DNA from: Geobacter metallireducens GS-15
GTDB lineage: Bacteria; Desulfobacterota; Desulfuromonadia; Geobacterales; Geobacteraceae
Length of the DNA stretch: 32,000 bases
NCBI RefSeq assembly: GCF_000012925.1
Contig: NC_007517.1
Location: forward strand, 1,710,001-1,742,000
Direction of reading: 5' to 3'
Made by a program: the position numbers and the translations under genes. The notes below the pieces were generated by a model. It was given only the letters and a program-made list of their open reading frames with translations, did not search any database and was not told where the DNA came from. This document shows, one piece after another, positions 7,197 through 15,876 of the stretch (within the stretch, counting starts at the first letter, position 1; each line of letters begins with the position of its first letter).

Positions 7197-9752
7197 TCAC
7201 TCGTACTCGATTGCCTCGGTTATTTTCAGCCGTGCCGCCTGGCGCGCCGGCATCCAGGCGGCCAGCGTCGAGATGAACGGAAGGGCGACGAGAAGCTGGG
7301 CCAGAATTTCCAAGGGATACTCGTGGGGCATGCTCCAGCCGGTGTAGAACCGTGCCACCGCCCCTTCCATGAAGGAGGCAAAGAGGTTGCCGGCCGGAAT
7401 CGCCACGATCACCGCCACCAGCGAGATGACCAGCGCCTCAGCCACGACGCTGCGGACTATCTGCGACGGGATCGCACCCAAGGCCTTCAGTACGCCGATC
7501 TCCCTGGTCCGCTCGGCCACCGAAATGAGCAGTGAGGTGACGATCCCCAGGAAGGCCACCACCAGAGCAAGAAAAACTGTAACCCGCGTCAGGGCGTGAA
7601 AGGCATCGATGGCCTTCTTGATCTCGGCGATGAATTCCTGGCGGGTGGAAATCAACGCCGGCATCTTCCCCGCAAGCTTCGCCCGTATCAAGTTGCGGAC
7701 CTGCCCCACATCCGCTCCGGCAACCACGGATACGTCGTATATGTCCACCCGGTCATCCTGCCAATGGCGCAGATATGTATTCCTATCCAAAAAGATGGAA
7801 CCCTGATCGGAGCCGTAGTCGCGGACCACCGCGGCTATGGGGAAGCGCACAATGCCGGTCGGCGTTTCAAGCTCCACTGCCTGGCCGACCCCCAGATTGA
7901 AACGACGCTGGAAATTTTCGGAAACATAGCACATCCCCTGGCGGCCGACCCCCTGCACTATGGATTGCTCGTTGCCGCTGAAATATTCATATTTGATCCG
8001 CTTCATCACCGGCTCGACCTCATATGAGCTGATGACGATCTGATGTCCCCGGTACAGGGGACGAATCGTTCTCACCGATTCCACTGCCCGCACTCCAGGC
8101 ACCTTCAGCAGTTCCTGCCGCAAGCTTCCGGGGAAGAGGAAATCGGGGCGTGACCAGTTGGCGGACGCCCGCACGTAGAAGTCACTGGTGAGGACGTCGT
8201 CCATCCATTTGACCATCGTAGCCGTCATTGATCCCATATATCCGCCGATCCCCAGCACGAAGGTAAGGGAAAGGGCCATGGCCATGACGGTGCCGGAGGT
8301 CCTGCGTGGAGCTCCCAGGAGGGCGTCGGAGCAGAGCCGCCCCGCCACCGGCGACAGCCCCATGAGCAGCGGGGCAAGGAGGCGCAGGAGCACTCGGGAA
8401 AGCGGCCCTACCAGAAGCACCATCCCCACTCCGCCCAAGGCCATGACGGAAAGGATGAGGGGGGTTCCCACGTATGGGGGAAAGAGGGCCATGAAAATGG
8501 CGCAACCTAAGGCAACAACGCCAGCTGCTATGCGGGGTGCCCGGCTTGCGGCGATGTTCGCCTGGAAAGTTCCTTTGGCAAAGGCCTCGGTGGGGGAGAT
8601 CCTGGAGGCGGCAAGGGACGGATTCCATGCCCCTACCAGAGAGGCGACGACGCCCAGCAGCATCGACTCCAAGATGATTCCCGGAGGAAACCGGACAGAG
8701 CCTCCTGGGGAACTGACCCCATAGATGGTTTCCGTGGTCTGCCCCATCATCCTGAGGAAACCTTCGGCGATAGCCCCCCCGACCAGACAACCGACAGCAC
8801 CGCCAACTAGGCCGATGACCAGCGCTTCCAGCAGAAAGAAGGACTGCACCTGCCTGGGTGTGGCCCCCAGGGCGCGCAATGTGCCGATGTCGCGCCGTCT
8901 GCGGTTCACTGCCACGTTGAAGGCGTTGAAGATGAGAAAGGTGCCGATGGAAAGGGCAAAGCCGCTGGTGACGTTGAAGCCGGCAACGAAATTGTTGACC
9001 GACTGCTCCATCTGCTTGCCCCGGCGATCGGGCGTTTCGACCCGGTAAGCCGGCCCGAGTGCCTTCTCCAGCGTTGCCGTCCCCTGGGCCACCGTTGTTC
9101 CTTCCGCAAGCCGCACATCGATGCGGTCGAAGCGGCGGCCCCGGCCAAAGAGTTCCTGGGCGGCGTAGACATCCACCACCATGAGATTGCCGCCGAAGGC
9201 CTCGGCAAAACCCTTGGGAGATAGAAGCCCCCGCGCCGCCACCCGTTTCACCCCGGTCGGCACCCGTACCGGCAGGGTGTCTCCGGCCTTCAGCCCCGCC
9301 CTTTGGGCAAAGTCGCGGGTGAAGATCGCTGAATCGGGCTGGGCGAGAAAGAGGAGCGGATCGTCCAGGTCGGCGTCATCACCCTCGAAACCGTATTCCC
9401 GCATCTCCCGGTCCCCCAGGAGGTCGACCCCAATTACCATCAGGCTCCCCAGTTCCCCCCGCTCTGGCACCACGATCTGTTCGATGACCGGCGATATTGC
9501 CCGGATGCCCGGAAGGGTCCGGATCTTCTCCTGTACCTCCTCCGGTACACCGCCGGTCGTGGTGATCTGAAGGTGGGCCTTGCCGGCGACCCGGTCGACG
9601 GTGGACCGTATCCCCTTGACCAGGGTCCCCTGGGCGCTCCTGATGGCGCTGAAGGTGGCAACGCCCACCACCACACCCAACAGGGTCAGCAGGGTCTTCA
9701 TCAGGTGCCGCCTCACGTAGGAGAGGGACAGGGTGCGAAGCAGGAAATTCAT
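7197..9752 (-). CDS. ABC transporter permease with duplicated FtsX/MacB-type modules (type VII ABC)
   Basis: 851 aa. There are two repeats, each a TM helix, a large periplasmic domain and three TM helices. The FtsX-like segments 'RRRDIGTLRALGATPRQV' and 'RTREIGVLKALGAIPSQI' occur once per half. The start overlaps the ATPase stop codon (ATGA). Confidence 0.85.
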   Translation of the reverse strand: MNFLLRTLSLSYVRRHLMKTLLTLLGVVVGVATFSAIRSAQGTLVKGIRSTVDRVAGKAHLQITTTGGVPEEVQEKIRTLPGIRAISPVIEQIVVPERGELGSLMVIGVDLLGDREMREYGFEGDDADLDDPLLFLAQPDSAIFTRDFAQRAGLKAGDTLPVRVPTGVKRVAARGLLSPKGFAEAFGGNLMVVDVYAAQELFGRGRRFDRIDVRLAEGTTVAQGTATLEKALGPAYRVETPDRRGKQMEQSVNNFVAGFNVTSGFALSIGTFLIFNAFNVAVNRRRRDIGTLRALGATPRQVQSFFLLEALVIGLVGGAVGCLVGGAIAEGFLRMMGQTTETIYGVSSPGGSVRFPPGIILESMLLGVVASLVGAWNPSLAASRISPTEAFAKGTFQANIAASRAPRIAAGVVALGCAIFMALFPPYVGTPLILSVMALGGVGMVLLVGPLSRVLLRLLAPLLMGLSPVAGRLCSDALLGAPRRTSGTVMAMALSLTFVLGIGGYMGSMTATMVKWMDDVLTSDFYVRASANWSRPDFLFPGSLRQELLKVPGVRAVESVRTIRPLYRGHQIVISSYEVEPVMKRIKYEYFSGNEQSIVQGVGRQGMCYVSENFQRRFNLGVGQAVELETPTGIVRFPIAAVVRDYGSDQGSIFLDRNTYLRHWQDDRVDIYDVSVVAGADVGQVRNLIRAKLAGKMPALISTRQEFIAEIKKAIDAFHALTRVTVFLALVVAFLGIVTSLLISVAERTREIGVLKALGAIPSQIVRSVVAEALVISLVAVIVAIPAGNLFASFMEGAVARFYTGWSMPHEYPLEILAQLLVALPFISTLAAWMPARQAARLKITEAIEYE

Positions 9753-10435
9753 TGTTTGCCTCCGAGGGCGCTGTCACCCTCAACTCGGCCGTCCCGGAGC
9801 TTTATCAGCCGGTCGCAGGCGGAAGCGGCATGGTGGTCGTGGGTGACCATGACGATGGTGGTCCCCCGCTCCCGATGGATGCTGCGAAGCAGGTTCAGGA
9901 TCTCCTCTCCCCGGGCGCTGTCCAGGTTGCCGGTGGGCTCGTCGGCCAGGAGCAGCGGCGCACCGGTGACCAGTGCCCGGGCGATGGCGACCCGCTGACG
10001 CTCGCCGCCGGAAAGCTCGTCCGGGAGGTGGTTCGCCCGTGCCACAAGCCCCACCTCCTGCAGGACCCGCGCAACTTGTCGGCTGATTTCTCCGGAAGAG
10101 ACCCCGGCCAGATGCAACGGCAGCGCCACGTTCTGGTTCACCTTCAAGGTCGGCATCAGGTGGTAGGCTTGGAAGATGTAGGATATCTGCGAGCGGCGAT
10201 AGAGCGACCGCTCCTTCTCGTTCGACCGGGCCAGGTCCTTCCCCGACACTAGCACCTCCCCGGAGGTAGGGATATCGAGCCCTCCCATGAGGTTTAGGAG
10301 CGTTGATTTCCCCGAGCCTGAGGGACCCATGATCGCCACCATCTCGCCGACTCCGATGGCCAGGTCGATCCCGGCCAGGGCCGTTACCTGTGACTTCCCC
10401 TCGTAGCTCTTGCATACGTTGTGGAGTTTCAGCAT
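9749..10435 (-). CDS. ABC transporter ATP-binding protein, MacB/LolD subfamily
   Basis: Walker A GPSGSGKST, signature LSGGERQRVAIARAL, Walker B LLLADEPT and H-loop VTHD. AGGAGG ribosome-binding site. Confidence 0.9.
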   Translation of the reverse strand: MLKLHNVCKSYEGKSQVTALAGIDLAIGVGEMVAIMGPSGSGKSTLLNLMGGLDIPTSGEVLVSGKDLARSNEKERSLYRRSQISYIFQAYHLMPTLKVNQNVALPLHLAGVSSGEISRQVARVLQEVGLVARANHLPDELSGGERQRVAIARALVTGAPLLLADEPTGNLDSARGEEILNLLRSIHRERGTTIVMVTHDHHAASACDRLIKLRDGRVEGDSALGGKQ

Positions 10436-10454
10436 TGCGTACCGCCTCCTTGGT

Positions 10455-11906
10455 TCAAATGGGTGGTTCCGGGCAGACCCATGCCGACTCCTGCCGGAAG
10501 ATCTCCTGGAATTCGCATCGCCCCCGCATCTGGTAGCAGACGGCCCGGCCTCCCAGGACGAAACGAGTGGACCAGAGGTACAGAGGGGAGCCCCGGGTGT
10601 ACCGCTTGCGGGTCAGCTCCATGAGCCCGTCGATGCCGCGCATAAAGAACTCCCGGTCCCCGAAATCGAAGAGCCCCTCCTTGAGCCACGGTTCCATGTT
10701 CCATAAGACATTGCGCCGGACCACCGCCAGCTGCTCCTTCCCCATCGCCTCGGGCGAGTCGTACAGCGTCGCCCGGGCAATCACCCGGTCGAACTGCTCC
10801 GCATCCTCCTCCTGATGCGCCTGCTCCAATTCGCAGATCAGACGCCACTCCTCCCCATTCATGGCCCTGGTGCAGCCGAAGTCGATCAGGCCGAGCCGAC
10901 CATCCAGCATGAAGATGAAGTTCCCCGGATGGGGGTCGGCGCAGAACCAGTGGAGCCGGTAATAGATCCGCATGGTGGCCACGGTGAGGAGGGTGGTGAA
11001 GTGATCCCGCTCCGCCTGGCTCGGATTGCCCGCCAAGAACTGATCCAGATGACAGCCGGTGAGGAACTCGGTGGTCAGGACCCGTTTGGTGGAATAGTCG
11101 TCAAAGACCCGCGGCACCACCACCCGGTCTTCGGTCGTAAAGAGGAGCCGCGCCTCCCGGCAGAAGCGGGCCTCCTGCTCGTAATCGGTCTCCATGAGCA
11201 GCATCTGCTCGATGTCGGCCAGCTTGTCGAGGGTGTTCTGCCAGTCGTTGGTCAGACAGAGGGGCTGGAGCAGGAGCCGGAGGTTGCGCAGGTCGGCTTT
11301 GATGGTCCTGGCAATGCCTGGGTACTGGATCTTCACCGCCACCTCCTCGCCGCTTTTAAGCCGGGCGCGGTGCACCTGCCCCAGGGAGGCGGCGGCAAAG
11401 GCTTGGCGGTCGAAGGAGGCGAACAGCTCCTCCGGTTCACGGCCGAACTCGTCGAGAAACAGCTCCCGCACCAGGGAGAAGTGCATAGGAGGCGCCTCGA
11501 AGTGCAGGGCCGACAGCACCTCGGCAAACTCCTCCGGCACCACCTCGGGGAGATTGGCCAGGAGCTGGCCGATCTTCATCACCGCACCCCGCAGGTACCC
11601 CATGGTGCCGAACAGCCTCAGGGCCGCGGCAAGATGGGCTTCGTTCCGGAGCCTTTGCTTCTCGTCACTATCGGCAAAGCGGCTGCGCAGCCAGTAGGCA
11701 ACATAGCCAATGGTCACCCTGGCCTGGAGGGAGCCGAGGTTCCAGATACGGGAAAACGAGCTGACCGGCACCCTTTTCGTGGCGATACGGGTCACCAGCT
11801 CCGCCAACCGCCGGCCGGTCGGATCAGTTGCAGCATCCTTGGGGAGAAGGTCGAGCAGCGCCTCCATGGTCATCGACTCCGTTGCGTGACGCTTCTCAGG
11901 CTTCAT
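10455..11906 (-). CDS. ABC1/UbiB (AarF) family atypical protein kinase
   Basis: Track ORF 10455..11921. The start was set to the ATG at 11906, 5 nt after GGAGGAGG. ABC1 hallmarks seen: 'GQLLAN…', 'AAASLGQVHRA', 'VAVKIQYPG', 'DPHPGNF' and 'IDFG'. Confidence 0.85.
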   Translation of the reverse strand: MKPEKRHATESMTMEALLDLLPKDAATDPTGRRLAELVTRIATKRVPVSSFSRIWNLGSLQARVTIGYVAYWLRSRFADSDEKQRLRNEAHLAAALRLFGTMGYLRGAVMKIGQLLANLPEVVPEEFAEVLSALHFEAPPMHFSLVRELFLDEFGREPEELFASFDRQAFAAASLGQVHRARLKSGEEVAVKIQYPGIARTIKADLRNLRLLLQPLCLTNDWQNTLDKLADIEQMLLMETDYEQEARFCREARLLFTTEDRVVVPRVFDDYSTKRVLTTEFLTGCHLDQFLAGNPSQAERDHFTTLLTVATMRIYYRLHWFCADPHPGNFIFMLDGRLGLIDFGCTRAMNGEEWRLICELEQAHQEEDAEQFDRVIARATLYDSPEAMGKEQLAVVRRNVLWNMEPWLKEGLFDFGDREFFMRGIDGLMELTRKRYTRGSPLYLWSTRFVLGGRAVCYQMRGRCEFQEIFRQESAWVCPEPPI

Positions 11907-12519
11907 GCGCGCCTCCTCCATCCGGACCGCTGCCGGAGATCACCTGTACGAACATCCGGATCGAATAGTCTATCAAGGCCCGGGATGCTTCTTGGTTGGG
12001 CGACTCGTCGCTGGCCCAGAAGGCGAGCACTCCCAGATAGAGGGACCAGTAGATGGTTATGGCAACGTAATCGGGGGCAGTGGTGAAGCCGTGCCGGCCT
12101 ATGATACGGTGCACGGCGGCAAGGTGGTCCTGCCGGGCAGCTTCCCCCTCCGGGCAGACCGTCTTCCGGGGGAAGGGGCTCAAGGAGCGCTCCAGAACCG
12201 GCCCGAGAAAGGGGCGCAGCGGCCGCAGCCGCCGGAGTCCCGACGCGATGAACAGAAACAGCTCCTCTGCCAGTTCTTCATTCCCGCTGCGGCGTTGCTC
12301 ATAGTCATCCCCCCCGCGGCTGAGCGCTTCGGCAACCATGGTCATGGCCAGGGTCTCCTTGCTGGGGAAATAGTTGAACATGGTGCCGGTGGCCAGCCCG
12401 GCCGCCAGGGCGATGTCCCGGGTGGTGGTGGCTTCGAACCCCTTGCCGCAGAACAGTTTCGCCGCCTTCTCCAGGATGCGGCCGCGGTTTTCCTGCTTGG
12501 CCTGTTCGCTGATGCGCAT
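11896..12519 (-). CDS. TetR/AcrR family transcriptional regulator
   Basis: The N-terminal HTH 'ILEKAAKLFCGKGFEATTTRDIALAAGLATGTMFNYFPSKE' is canonical TetR_N. The ATG at 12519 lies 6 nt after GAAGGGG; the track's first codon is TTG at 12522. Confidence 0.9.
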   Translation of the reverse strand: MRISEQAKQENRGRILEKAAKLFCGKGFEATTTRDIALAAGLATGTMFNYFPSKETLAMTMVAEALSRGGDDYEQRRSGNEELAEELFLFIASGLRRLRPLRPFLGPVLERSLSPFPRKTVCPEGEAARQDHLAAVHRIIGRHGFTTAPDYVAITIYWSLYLGVLAFWASDESPNQEASRALIDYSIRMFVQVISGSGPDGGGAHEA

Positions 12520-12539
12520 CAATTACCCCTTCAATTATA

Positions 12540-12551
12540 TGAGCGCGCTCA
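12540..12551. promoter_or_regulatory. Perfect 12-bp palindrome TGAGCGCGCTCA next to a TATAAT hexamer; candidate TetR operator/promoter
   Basis: The palindrome lies 21-32 nt upstream of the TetR ATG. On the minus strand it is immediately followed by TATAAT (plus-strand 12534-12539). No convincing -35 element was seen. Confidence 0.35.
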
Positions 12552-13211
12552 CTATAACGGCTAACCAAAAGGATGGCAACACAAAAAATGAACATGCTCA
12601 CAAAACGCGAGACACAGACGATTCAACGGGGTGAATCGGATGGAGGGTCAAGCATTGGAGATGGATACAAGTGATCGAAAGAAGGAAAGATTATCAACCC
12701 AGCAAGTCCCTTGCGTCGCGCCATGATTGTGCCTCACCCATATCTGCAGAGGTATCAACCTGGTCGGCAAGTGAAACGTCCAGGGCCTTAATGACCACGG
12801 CACGTATGGCCTGATATGGTAAATGGAAGGCCGTAGTCGGGCACCATATGGGTTAATGATAATGTCACAGATTTTCATTATTTTATAAATGTTCGAGGCT
12901 GTAGCGGCCAAATTTAGAAAATGATGAAATATTGCTTGTTATCTCAATGTTGCTCGTATTCTCCCTATTCGTATTTCTTAGTTTCATGTGCTTGATTCAA
13001 AAAACATCGACATTGTCAGATGTTACCCCCCTCTACCTTCATCGATGTGCATTCGGATCCTGACGGTCTGTTCTTTTGTACCTTCTAAAGAAAAACATTA
13101 TTCTAAAAATTAACATCGCTATAACATGTCGAAATACAAACAAATTACCTATTCATTTGGGTTGTATTGTTCTGCTGTCAATAAAAAAATATAAATTCAA
13201 CAAATATTGTT

Positions 13212-13227
13212 TGGCATGTAGCGTGCT
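13212..13227 (+). promoter_or_regulatory. sigma54 (RpoN) -24/-12 promoter element upstream of the bbs-like operon
   Basis: TGGCATGTAGCGTGCT compared with the consensus TGGCACG-N4-TTGCW. The GG (13213-14) and GC (13225-26) are exactly 12 nt apart. An A/T tract precedes it, and it lies about 165 nt upstream of the first ATG (13392). Confidence 0.55.
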
Positions 13228-13391
13228 AATGAATAGGCCACAGGCATTGTAAAACAATGTCACAATACTGATATTCATAGGTGAGAACTTAGTGAAAACT
13301 ACCTTCTCTTACATTCTAGTTTAGGTTTTTGTGAGAGAAACGGTAAGTAACTGGCATTACATTAACCATGCAGCTGACTGGAGATAATCAA

Positions 13392-14630
13392 ATGAGTAAT
13401 ACCGGATCGTTATCATATCTGCGGATATTGGATTTTACTGGTGAGATTGGACCTTATGCAGCAAAACTATATGCAGGCCTAGGCGCTGACGTTATTCACA
13501 TAGAGCCAATTGCAGGAGATACATTACGTTCAACAGGTCCGTTCTTTGGGAACCGTCCCGGCAAAGAAAGAAGTATGCAATTCATTTATTACAATGCAGG
13601 CAAAAGAGGGTTGGTGTTGGATCTGAAAAAAGAAAAAGGAAAAGAAGTTTTTGTCGACCTGTGTAAGGGCGCTGACATTTTGTTTGAGAGTTTTACACCC
13701 GGTTATCTTGATGAACTTGGCCTTTCTTTTGATGTGTTGAGTGCGGCAAACCCCAAATTGGTACAAACATCCATTACACCATTCGGTAGCTTCGGACCAT
13801 ACAGTACGTATCCCGGTTCCGACCTGACTTGTTCTGCCCTCGGCGGTTTTTTGTATCTGGCCGGTATCGATAACGACAAACCGGTAAGGGCTTGTGACAA
13901 TCAGGCGTACCGGATGGCAGAGGTATACGCAGCAGTCGGGAGTTCGATCGCACTCTTGTTCGCTCAAAAAACCGGGGTGGGCCAATTTGTTGATGTCTCC
14001 TGCATGGAGGCAGTCGGCATGGCCTTGGAGACTGCCGCTCAATGCTGGGACCTCGAAGGGACGCTGAGAAGGGGGCGGGGCAAGGAGGCGGGTTCGGCCA
14101 CGATCCATCCATGTAAGGACGGGTTTATCGCTATCGTCGCCATCGTAGGTAGAAACAAGACGATGTGGACACCTTTTGTCCAGTGGATGAAGGAGGAAGG
14201 TGTTGAAGAATGGGAACTGTTCGACAACGACAACTGGATCAACGCGTCCTACCGGGAGTCCAAGGCTGGATACGAACTGTTCTGCCGCATCTTCGAACGG
14301 TTTACCATGAAGCACACCAAGCAATACCTCTATGACGCCGGTCAGGCCCACCGGGTCGCCGTCAGCCCGGTCAGCAACGGCAAAGACCTTCTGGAAAACC
14401 CCCAGCTGAACCATCACGACTTCTGGCAGCGGCTGTATCACGAACCGGTCGGCGCCGAGGTGGTCTGTCCGGGAGCTCCCTACGAGTTCGGGCACCTCAA
14501 GTGGCGCCTGGGTGATTTTGCTCCCACCTTTGGCCAGCATACCGCCGAGGTGCTGGGCGAATGCGGCTATAGCCGCAGTGAAATCGATGCGCTTGACAGG
14601 GAGGGAGTTGTTCATGTTGCCAAATCTTAA
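13392..14630 (+). CDS. bbsE: Family III CoA-transferase subunit (succinyl-CoA:benzylsuccinate CoA-transferase BbsE-like)
   Basis: Track ORF 13368..14630. The ATG at 13392 lies 7 nt after GGAGA. '[30 protein letters not shown]' is the CaiB/BaiF N-terminal signature. It is paired with a paralogue that overlaps it by 17 nt. The symbol is assigned from operon context only. Confidence 0.75.
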   Translation: MSNTGSLSYLRILDFTGEIGPYAAKLYAGLGADVIHIEPIAGDTLRSTGPFFGNRPGKERSMQFIYYNAGKRGLVLDLKKEKGKEVFVDLCKGADILFESFTPGYLDELGLSFDVLSAANPKLVQTSITPFGSFGPYSTYPGSDLTCSALGGFLYLAGIDNDKPVRACDNQAYRMAEVYAAVGSSIALLFAQKTGVGQFVDVSCMEAVGMALETAAQCWDLEGTLRRGRGKEAGSATIHPCKDGFIAIVAIVGRNKTMWTPFVQWMKEEGVEEWELFDNDNWINASYRESKAGYELFCRIFERFTMKHTKQYLYDAGQAHRVAVSPVSNGKDLLENPQLNHHDFWQRLYHEPVGAEVVCPGAPYEFGHLKWRLGDFAPTFGQHTAEVLGECGYSRSEIDALDREGVVHVAKS

Positions 14631-15843
14631 AAAGGCCCTTGATGGGATCGTGGTGTGCGACTTTTCCTGGGTGGGGGCCGGTCCGATTGCCACGAACGTC
14701 CTCGGCCAGTGCGGTGCCGAGGTTATCAAGATTGAAAGCAAAAGCCGGCCGGACTTACTTCGGACCGGCGGCCCGTTCAAGGACGGGATCAATGAGGGGC
14801 TGGAACGGAGCGGCTATTTTGCCAACCGCAATCCCAACAAGAAAGGGATCGCGCTGGACATGAGCCATCCCAAGGCACGGGCCGTTGCGGTTCGCCTGAT
14901 CAGGAAAAGCGACATCGTCATCAATAACTTCCGTGTTGGGCAGATGGAGAAGTGGGGGCTCGGGTGGGAGGACGTCCGGAAGATTAATCCGCGGATCATC
15001 TACGTCACCATGAGCCTGCAGGGGGAAACCGGACCGCAGAAGAGCTACATGGGGTTCGGGGTCAATCTTAACGCCCTGTGTGGTCTGACGGCCCAGGCAT
15101 GTTTTCCCGGCGAGCGCCCCTTCGGCACCGGCACGAATTATACCGACCACGTCATGGCCCCGAGCCATACCCTCTTTGGCATCATGGCAGCCTTACTTGA
15201 ACGGGAGCAGACCGGAGAAGGGCAGACCGTGGCCATCTCCCAGCTGAAATCCGCCATCAGCATGGCTCCGACGAGTGCCATGACCTATGCGGCAAACGGC
15301 GACACGCTGGGGCCGGCGGGACTTAGTGATCCGAATGCTGCGCCCCACGGCCTGTTCACGACACTCGGCTACCGGAGATGGATTGCCATTGCCGTGTTCA
15401 GCGAGGACGAATGGCGGGCGCTCAAGAAGGTTATGGGCAACCCCGCTTGGGCCGAGGATGGGAAGTTCGGCTCGTTGCAAAGTCGTAAGGAAAACGAGGC
15501 GGAGTTGAATGAGCATATGGAGGCGTGGACCAGCCGGCAGCACGCGGACAAGATCATGGACGAGCTGCTGCGCAACGGCGTCAGAGCGGGCGTGGTCAAC
15601 GATGCCCGGGGCGCCATCGAGGATGATCACTTGAGGGAGCGGGAGTTCTGGTCGTACCTGGACCATCCGGTAATGGGGCGCACCCTCTACAACCGGGCGC
15701 CGATCCGCCTTTCCAAAACCCCGCTCCGGATGGAAACCGCGGCCCCGTTGCTGGGTCAGCACACCAGGGATGTGCTGAAGGGGATGCTGGACTATACGGA
15801 TGAAGAAATCGCGATGCTCAGCGAGGAAAAGGTGCTTGTGTAG
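14614..15843 (+). CDS. bbsF: Family III CoA-transferase subunit (BbsF-like)
   Basis: Track ORF 14512..15843. The ATG at 14614 ([42 protein letters not shown]) lies 6 nt after GGGAGGGAG. Confidence 0.75.
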   Translation: MLPNLKKALDGIVVCDFSWVGAGPIATNVLGQCGAEVIKIESKSRPDLLRTGGPFKDGINEGLERSGYFANRNPNKKGIALDMSHPKARAVAVRLIRKSDIVINNFRVGQMEKWGLGWEDVRKINPRIIYVTMSLQGETGPQKSYMGFGVNLNALCGLTAQACFPGERPFGTGTNYTDHVMAPSHTLFGIMAALLEREQTGEGQTVAISQLKSAISMAPTSAMTYAANGDTLGPAGLSDPNAAPHGLFTTLGYRRWIAIAVFSEDEWRALKKVMGNPAWAEDGKFGSLQSRKENEAELNEHMEAWTSRQHADKIMDELLRNGVRAGVVNDARGAIEDDHLREREFWSYLDHPVMGRTLYNRAPIRLSKTPLRMETAAPLLGQHTRDVLKGMLDYTDEEIAMLSEEKVLV

Positions 15844-15876
15844 CTGCCTTTCAATACTACCACCAGGAGAAAGAGA

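Noticed and set aside
10815-12086. 423-aa plus-strand ORF opposite the UbiB kinase and TetR genes
   Set aside because: It is antisense to two genes with canonical motifs (ABC1 kinase, TetR HTH). Its composition is Gly/Pro/Arg/Leu rich and it has no start context.
12648-12911. 87-aa minus-strand ORF in the AT-rich spacer
   Set aside because: It has no Shine-Dalgarno sequence and an odd composition, and it straddles a compositional boundary. It is kept only as a possible gene relic (see findings), not as a CDS.
12921-12995. 24-codon Cys-rich mini-ORF (MMKYCLLSQCCSYSPYSYFLVSCA) in the spacer
   Set aside because: It has no ribosome-binding site and sits in roughly one-third G+C DNA, where ATG…stop frames arise by chance. 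Nothing supports translation.
13351-13371. Second TGGCA motif (CTGGCATTACATTAACC) just before the first operon gene
   Set aside because: There is no GC dinucleotide at the -12 position, and it is too close to the start codon to leave room for a leader and ribosome-binding site.
13530-14792. 420-aa ORF on the minus strand spanning the two CoA-transferase genes
   Set aside because: It is antisense to reading frames with unmistakable family-III CoA-transferase signatures and proper ribosome-binding sites. Its translation is low-complexity (Pro/Arg/Gly/Leu rich) with no motifs. It is a typical shadow ORF of biased-codon DNA.
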